A DNA stretch of 31,425 nt, taken from contig JBFXGO010000029.1 in assembly GCA_050239825.1 (NCBI GenBank), positions 1-31,425 of the forward strand. Direction: 5' to 3'. The notes beneath the pieces are model-generated. The model was not told the DNA's origin, made no database searches, and saw only the letters and a program-made list of their open reading frames with translations. Made by a program: the position numbers and the translations under genes. This DNA comes from a bacterium. Its GTDB lineage: Bacteria > Hydrothermota > 32-111. This document shows, piece after piece, positions 25,734-31,425 of this stretch; the first letter of the stretch is position 1, and each line of letters begins with the position of its first letter.

Positions 25734-27233
25734 TTATTGCTCGTGTTTTACTATGTTGTATTCCTTGAGTTTATACTGCAGAGTCCTGAGGCTTATGCCC
25801 AGAACATCGCTTGTCTTCTTTCTTGAATATTCATTTTCCTTCAACACATTGATTATATGCTCTCTTTCAACATCCTTAAGCTTCTTTGAAAACACCTCGC
25901 GTCTGATTATATTCTTGTTGGATATCTCGGGCGGCAGGTCGTCAACCGTAATCAGTTCATTCTGCGACATAACAATCGCATGCTGCATCATGTTTTCAAG
26001 TTCGCGTATATTGCCGGGCCAGTCGTACTGCATCAGCACGCTCATCGCTTCGCTTGACACCCCGTCAACCGCCTTTGATTTTGTGTTGAGTTTGTTTAGA
26101 AGATACTTGACGAGTATGGGCACATCATCCTTTCTCGCCCTTAAGGGGGGTATATCAATCTTTATCACCTTAAGCCTGTAGTAGAGGTCCTCCCTGAAAG
26201 TGCCCTTCTTGACTTCATCTTCAAGCACCCTGTTTGTAGCAGATATTATCCTGACATCCACATCCCTGTCCTCAGTGTCTCCTATCCTTCGTATCTTATG
26301 CTCCTGAAGAACCCTTAAAAGCTTAGTCTGAATTGTCAAAGAGAGGTCGCCCACTTCGTCGAGGAAGAAGGTTCCTCCGTCTGCCGCTTCAAAGAGGCCA
26401 ACCTTGTCTGACATTGCTCCAGTGAAAGATCCCTTCTTATATCCGAAGAGTTCGCTCTCCAGAAGGGTCTCCGGAAGAGCCCCGCAGTACTGGGTTATGA
26501 ATTTTTTGTCCTTCCTCGAAGAGTTGTGATGTATAGCCCTTGCTATTAGGCCTTTTCCGGTTCCGCTCTCTCCGTGAAGAAGCACCGGCACATCCGTATT
26601 GGATATTTTTTCGAGAAGCTCTGTGACATGCCTCATCTGCTTAGATACTCCTATTATATCCTCAAAATGAAACATTGAAGATATTTCATTCTTCAATGTT
26701 TTGTTCTCGATTGCTAGAGAATTGGTCAGCTTTGCATTCTCAATGCTTAATACTGCAAGATTGGCAAATGCATTCATGAATTCAAGCGCATCTTCGTCAA
26801 AGATTTTCTTCATTGTCTGAGTATCAAGATATATAACCCCTATTGTGCGGTCAATCCTCTTTAACGGAACAACTATAATCGAATGGAGATTGTAGAGAGC
26901 GACCGACTGATTCTCCGTGAACCTCGGGTCGGACATTGCATCCGAAGTGCGCACCGCCTCCCCCGTCTGTAGCGCATTATAGACAGATGTCATGGATATC
27001 TCTTTTGAATTTATAATGTTCTCTTTTCTCAGGTTTCTCGCCACTTCAACCTTCATCTCCTGAGTTCTCTCGTCTGTTATCATCAGAAATCCCCGCTCCG
27101 CATCGACAGTGTTAATGGCAATATCCATAATCTTTTCCAAAAGTTCGCCATAGTCCCTTATGGAGTTTATCACTTCGCTTGCCTGATAGAGGGACCTAAG
27201 TATGCTGATGCTCTCCGGAAGATCTTTTTTCAT
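25734..27233 (-). CDS. GAF-domain sigma54-dependent Fis-family transcriptional activator (bEBP)
   Basis: N-terminal GAF, GESGTGK, ESELFG, GSFTGA loop, [21 protein letters not shown] and a Fis HTH. Start at ATG 27233 behind AAAGGAG. Confidence 0.95.
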   Translation of the reverse strand: MKKDLPESISILRSLYQASEVINSIRDYGELLEKIMDIAINTVDAERGFLMITDERTQEMKVEVARNLRKENIINSKEISMTSVYNALQTGEAVRTSDAMSDPRFTENQSVALYNLHSIIVVPLKRIDRTIGVIYLDTQTMKKIFDEDALEFMNAFANLAVLSIENAKLTNSLAIENKTLKNEISSMFHFEDIIGVSKQMRHVTELLEKISNTDVPVLLHGESGTGKGLIARAIHHNSSRKDKKFITQYCGALPETLLESELFGYKKGSFTGAMSDKVGLFEAADGGTFFLDEVGDLSLTIQTKLLRVLQEHKIRRIGDTEDRDVDVRIISATNRVLEDEVKKGTFREDLYYRLKVIKIDIPPLRARKDDVPILVKYLLNKLNTKSKAVDGVSSEAMSVLMQYDWPGNIRELENMMQHAIVMSQNELITVDDLPPEISNKNIIRREVFSKKLKDVEREHIINVLKENEYSRKKTSDVLGISLRTLQYKLKEYNIVKHEQ

Positions 27234-27244
27234 TCTTTCTCCTT

Positions 27245-28201
27245 TCAAAATATCGAGAATGTTACCGAGTTTTCGCTGTAATTTCCGAACAGGTCGTACA
27301 GCCTGAGGTAGAGTGAATATGCTCCTTCATTAAGAAGAGTATTTATATAAACGCCTGTTTTGGAGGATTGAATGCTGTCGTAAGAGAGCACGAGACCTCC
27401 TGCGTCGCACATTTCTATTTTAAAATAGGATTCAAACAAAACACTCTGGGATGACCATATAACCGAATCCGGAAGTATCAGGGCTCCGCCCTCCTCGGGT
27501 GATATGATTTTTGGAACCGTTTCAACGAATCTCACAAGGCTTGCCGCATTGCTCTTTACTATCTCCCCCGATTTATCATAAACCTCTATAAAGCAGTCCT
27601 CACCCTGCAGATCGTATATCCTGAAAAATTCATTATCTTCCGCAAAATTGAGAGTGCATCTCACATTCTCTTCACTTTCGACGAGAAACATCTTAAACCT
27701 CTGCGAATCTATTGTCATAATGCATGAATCTATGTCTTCAATTCCGTCCCTCTCATCAAGAATTGAAAAGTAATTGACATCATAGTCAAGCGTGTCGGTG
27801 AAGGATTTCACAGTCCTCACAGTCGAATATGCCTTAAGCTCCTCTATAACCGGAATGTAATTTAAAACAACTTCAAAATCAAGAAGTTCTCCGGTGCTTA
27901 TGAATGTGTCCTTCTTGAAAACTCTGTATCCAGCCTTCTCTATGCTTAAGGAGAGAGTTCCTTTGTCAAAAGTGCCTATAGAAAAAATCCCGTCTATGTT
28001 AGTGTAGAATTCAAGGGTATCGTTTATCTTTATCAGGACATTCTCCTGAGGATTCCCCGACTTGTCTTTGACATAAATTGAAATTGCGCCCTTTCCGAAC
28101 GGATTCAATCCGTCATACCTGCTGTCATGCGGCATATCAATGTAACATGAAGTCAGAAATAAAACTGAAACAAGCAAAAGCCCGGTTATTCGTTTCACCA
28201 T
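27245..28201 (-). CDS. Lipoprotein with carboxypeptidase-regulatory-like and Ig-like domains
   Basis: Lipobox LTS-C; GAISIYVKDKSGNP...YTNIDGIF...IEKAGY. Confidence 0.75.
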   Translation of the reverse strand: MVKRITGLLLVSVLFLTSCYIDMPHDSRYDGLNPFGKGAISIYVKDKSGNPQENVLIKINDTLEFYTNIDGIFSIGTFDKGTLSLSIEKAGYRVFKKDTFISTGELLDFEVVLNYIPVIEELKAYSTVRTVKSFTDTLDYDVNYFSILDERDGIEDIDSCIMTIDSQRFKMFLVESEENVRCTLNFAEDNEFFRIYDLQGEDCFIEVYDKSGEIVKSNAASLVRFVETVPKIISPEEGGALILPDSVIWSSQSVLFESYFKIEMCDAGGLVLSYDSIQSSKTGVYINTLLNEGAYSLYLRLYDLFGNYSENSVTFSIF

Positions 28202-28890
28202 ATTATATCAAATAGGTTAAAGGCATAAACAGAGAGAGTCGCGTCAAATGCGAATCTGTTCAACTTTGACCAGAGATTGTATTCATCGTAATACTTTGCG
28301 GCATCGTCCTCGGTGACAGCGTCATAGTAATTCTCTCTGGCATTTAAAGTAATGAAAAAGGATGTGACCGTGCTGAGAAGGGAAACCGCAAAGACTGAAC
28401 CCATAGCTATCCCTTTAGTCTTTTCATCCATGTCGAACTGACCCCAGCCCGGAACAAAGGATGACTTTAAAATCAGATTTTGGCGCGTAAACCTGTAAAT
28501 CTGTTGACCCGGATTTATCATATAATACTGAGGGGATTCCTTTATTAAAAAGGATATTCTCTCCTTTGCCTTTGAAAATATGTGTATTATCTTTGGAGAT
28601 ACAAACTCTTCATTCAGAGAATAATTGACATTCATAGTGAGTATGTTTTCAAAATGCTTCTGCGCATTTATCGTGTCTCCAATTGCAACATAGGAGAATG
28701 CTATGTATGTGGACAGATTTATTTTGTCTTGCTTCTCCATGTCCGTTCCCGCCTTGTCAAGAAGCTCCTCGCCGCTCTCAATCGCCTGTTTGTACTCTCC
28801 TGTTTCATAAAAAACGATGACATCGTTTATTGAGACGGGAAATATCATAAGAGCGCATAAGACGGTTGTCAGAATGAATAAAACTTTCGT
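28195..28890 (-). CDS. Secreted TPR protein with a C-terminal DUF5683-like region
   Basis: TPR helices (YETGEYKQAI...AFSYVAIGD..NAQKHF), SPKI and SFVPGWGQF. Proposed ACG start at 28890 behind AGGAGG; the first in-frame ATG is 28848. Confidence 0.75.
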   Translation of the reverse strand, partial: TKVLFILTTVLCALMIFPVSINDVIVFYETGEYKQAIESGEELLDKAGTDMEKQDKINLSTYIAFSYVAIGDTINAQKHFENILTMNVNYSLNEEFVSPKIIHIFSKAKERISFLIKESPQYYMINPGQQIYRFTRQNLILKSSFVPGWGQFDMDEKTKGIAMGSVFAVSLLSTVTSFFITLNARENYYDAVTEDDAAKYYDEYNLWSKLNRFAFDATLSVYAFNLFDIIW

Positions 28891-30527
28891 AAGACCTCCT
28901 CTTCTGAGATGGTTATTTCATCCTCGATTGCCGGGTACTTTGAATTTACAAGTTTTATGCTGTGCGGACCTGTCAGCAGAACCAATGAATCATTCAGAGG
29001 CGTTGTGCCGACAAGCTGGTCATCAATGTAAACATCCGCCCACGGACGCACTACAATTTTGAAGAACCCATAAGCCTTTTCAAGTTCTACATTAAGCTTC
29101 AAAGTGCTGTCCTTTTTTATTTCTATTTCTGCCGTATAGTTTTTTCTGTTCGGATGTTTTAGCTGAAGAGTGTACCTGCCTGCCTTCAGCTTTATATTCT
29201 CATCTATCGGAGTCCTGTCGAAGAGCTGGTCATTGATGTAAACATCGGCCCATGGGGATGCATTTACAGAAAGGAACCCCCACTTCTCCACAACCACTAT
29301 TTTCTTCATCTCAAAGAATATTGTGTCATTTGCCGTCAGTTCGACTGTCGTGTCTCTTTTCTCGTAATCAGCCGATACTGTGGTTAGTTTGAATGTGCCT
29401 TTGTCAAGAGAAATAACCTGAGGCGTCTGCACTATTATTGAATCATTTATCTTCACCTGAATGCTCTTGGGGGAGGAGTTAATGTATAGGAATGGCTTGG
29501 TTTCATTGTTCGGCAAATAGATAGTGCGCACACTGCTTCTTGTGGAAGTGAAAATCTGAAAACCAACAACAAAGACAAGAATCAAAAAGAGCAATGACAG
29601 CACTGTGGCTTGCAGGCCCCGCCTCTCCTTTTTAACCCGTATCACGATTCCGGTCTTATCAATCACTCTCTGAGTGTCAAACATGAACTGTCTGAATTCA
29701 TCCTTTGTTACAGGATTTTCAAACTGTGATATAATCGAAAAAAGTTCTTCTCCGCTCTTAGGCCTCTTTGACATATCGCGGTTAAGCATTGATTTTAGAA
29801 TATCGACTACAACCTGAGGCACCTCATCCACATTGAAATCAATATTCAGCGATTGAAAGTAAAGTATATTGTTGATTGTCTCAAACTGATCCTTTCCTTC
29901 AAACGGATTCTTCCCTGTCAGAATTTCTGCGAAGGTAATTCCGAGAGAGAAGATGTCCGATACAGCAGAGAGCTGTTTCCCTGTCAACTGTTCCGGAGGA
30001 AAGTAGGCCGGTGTACCCATATAGGTGCCGGGATTTGTCACATTGACAGACTCACTTCCGAATGCAAGTCCGAAATCTGTAAGCTTCACCACACCCTCAT
30101 CCGAAATCATTATATTATCCGGCTTAAGGTCCCTGTGCAGTATGTTATTTTTATGAACATGCGACAATCCCTTTAAGACCTCTTTTAATATGTAGAGAGC
30201 ATACTTCACGGGGATCTTTCCCTTGTCCTTAATAATCTGTTTTAAAGACCTGCCCTTAATATACTCAAGCACAATGAACTTGTCTCCCTCCTTCTCATAG
30301 AAGTCAAATATTCCCACTATGTTCTCATGTTGCAATTTTCCGAGAAGAGCCGCCTCTCTCTTGAACCTTTTGACAAAATTTGCATCTTCCGACAGGTGGG
30401 GGTGCAATTTTTTAATAACAACCTCTCTATTGAGAGATATCTGCACTCCCTTGTAGATGGTTGCCATGCCACCTGTGGCAATTGTCTCTATTATTTGGTA
30501 TTTTTCTTCTTGTTTCTCATTGTTCAT
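28869..30527 (-). CDS. Hanks-type Ser/Thr protein kinase with a TM helix and extracytoplasmic PEGA domains
   Basis: ATGGMATIY, VIKK, HRDLKPDN, DFG, GTPAYFPPEQ and SDIFSLG; a TM helix; repeats such as PWADVYIND..RTP. Confidence 0.95.
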   Translation of the reverse strand: MNNEKQEEKYQIIETIATGGMATIYKGVQISLNREVVIKKLHPHLSEDANFVKRFKREAALLGKLQHENIVGIFDFYEKEGDKFIVLEYIKGRSLKQIIKDKGKIPVKYALYILKEVLKGLSHVHKNNILHRDLKPDNIMISDEGVVKLTDFGLAFGSESVNVTNPGTYMGTPAYFPPEQLTGKQLSAVSDIFSLGITFAEILTGKNPFEGKDQFETINNILYFQSLNIDFNVDEVPQVVVDILKSMLNRDMSKRPKSGEELFSIISQFENPVTKDEFRQFMFDTQRVIDKTGIVIRVKKERRGLQATVLSLLFLILVFVVGFQIFTSTRSSVRTIYLPNNETKPFLYINSSPKSIQVKINDSIIVQTPQVISLDKGTFKLTTVSADYEKRDTTVELTANDTIFFEMKKIVVVEKWGFLSVNASPWADVYINDQLFDRTPIDENIKLKAGRYTLQLKHPNRKNYTAEIEIKKDSTLKLNVELEKAYGFFKIVVRPWADVYIDDQLVGTTPLNDSLVLLTGPHSIKLVNSKYPAIEDEITISEEEVLRKFYSF

Positions 30528-30536
30528 AATCTTATT

Positions 30537-30565
30537 ATTTTAATGTTAATAGAGCATTATGTCAA
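30537..30565 (-). promoter_or_regulatory. Promoter of the kinase operon (near-leaderless)
   Basis: TTGACA-17 nt-TAAAAT-9 nt-ATG; no SD. Confidence 0.6.
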
Positions 30566-30653
30566 GGGCGCACAAAACTTCAGGATATAAATATCTTTTA
30601 AAGCTCTCTGTTTTGATGTATAATTTTAAAAAGGAGATTAAAAAGGAGAATTG

Positions 30654-31409
30654 ATGAAAAGATTTTTTGTGGCGGCGGGAGTTGTCATTGTTATTGGAAC
30701 AGGTTTGATTGCCCTAAATGATTTCGGAGGAAGAGCCAAGAGAGAAACAGCTGAGAGAAGAGCATTATTGGATGATTTGAAAAGGATAAGCGCTCTTGCG
30801 CCTGCAATCAAAGATGCAGACATCAATGATATTGATGACTTCTGCAACAAGAAAATCGAGGCAAAGAACCTCAACTATTACAGAAGAAGAGAGATAAAAG
30901 GAGAAGTTAGGGAGGATTTTTTCGATATTAAGCCCTCACCATCAGTGAGAGAGGATGAGAAAATCATAATAAATTACTATAACTGTGCAGAGTTTGACCC
31001 AATCTTCAGAAAGAGCATCACTCTGGATTTTAGAAACAACACACTTCACACAAATGAGTTTTCCGAGCATGTAATACTCATGACGCCTGTCGTGATAGGA
31101 AAATCATGGCTATCAACTATTGAAATTGATGGCGAGAACATTGAATTCATATCTGAGATAAGAAAAACAAACCTTCAGCGCTCGATAATACTAAACTGGC
31201 GCTCTTATGTTCTTGAAGGAATAATCGAATCATACTTTGAAAGCGACAGACCCATTGAAGGCGGACATCAGCTTTTGATATATAATTTCAGATGGTCTCC
31301 GCAGGTAAATTGCTTTACAGAGATAACAATGAAGAGACTTACAGAGACTGAGAATGATACAGTGAGCGAGACAACTGCATATATTCTTAAAGAGGTTGTC
31401 GCAGAATAG
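30654..31409 (+). CDS. Hypothetical membrane-anchored or secreted protein
   Basis: ATG 30654 behind AAGGAG; N-terminal hydrophobic helix; no recognisable family. Confidence 0.7.
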   Translation: MKRFFVAAGVVIVIGTGLIALNDFGGRAKRETAERRALLDDLKRISALAPAIKDADINDIDDFCNKKIEAKNLNYYRRREIKGEVREDFFDIKPSPSVREDEKIIINYYNCAEFDPIFRKSITLDFRNNTLHTNEFSEHVILMTPVVIGKSWLSTIEIDGENIEFISEIRKTNLQRSIILNWRSYVLEGIIESYFESDRPIEGGHQLLIYNFRWSPQVNCFTEITMKRLTETENDTVSETTAYILKEVVAE

Positions 31410-31425
31410 GTTTATCGTCAGACGA

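Noticed and set aside
26410..26435. GSFTGA instead of GAFTGA as a sign of a sigma54-independent activator
   Set aside because: Ser at this position is a common variant and the key F and T residues are intact.

Overview
Bacterial chromosomal window. A T9SS-type C-terminal sorting domain, LolA-like proteins and lipoproteins point to a diderm in or near the FCB superphylum (WOR-3/TA06-like; inference). In order: (1) the 3' end of an IS3-type transposase and an apparently leaderless GAF-GGDEF diguanylate cyclase; (2) a minus-strand phoH-pgpH-like-ybeY-2x CNNM/CBS-yitT-recO-HAD-exonuclease cluster; (3) an envelope cluster with a coiled-coil lipoprotein, a coiled-coil LysM protein, tRNA-Gly, two LolA-like proteins and an unannotated 59-aa secreted CxxCC peptide; (4) ferredoxin, tRNA-fMet, a GT4 glycosyltransferase and lepB; (5) a saccharopine-dehydrogenase/aminotransferase/nucleotidyltransferase/4,6-dehydratase operon; (6) an IS481/IS256-scarred island carrying a 14-blade LVIVD beta-propeller gene with hypervariable loops, next to a candidate ~65-nt ncRNA; (7) an EamA-like membrane protein ending in a type IV pilin-like domain; (8) ftcd and a Ser/Thr kinase-PEGA / TPR / lipoprotein / GAF-sigma54 activator operon. 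The best novelty candidates are the paralogous, Cys-registered lipoprotein + LysM coiled-coil pair (possible outer membrane-peptidoglycan tether), the transporter-like/prepilin fusion, the hypervariable LVIVD array, the orphan ncRNA, the CxxCC peptide and a probable ACG start codon. All calls come from motif recognition by eye; no database searches were run.
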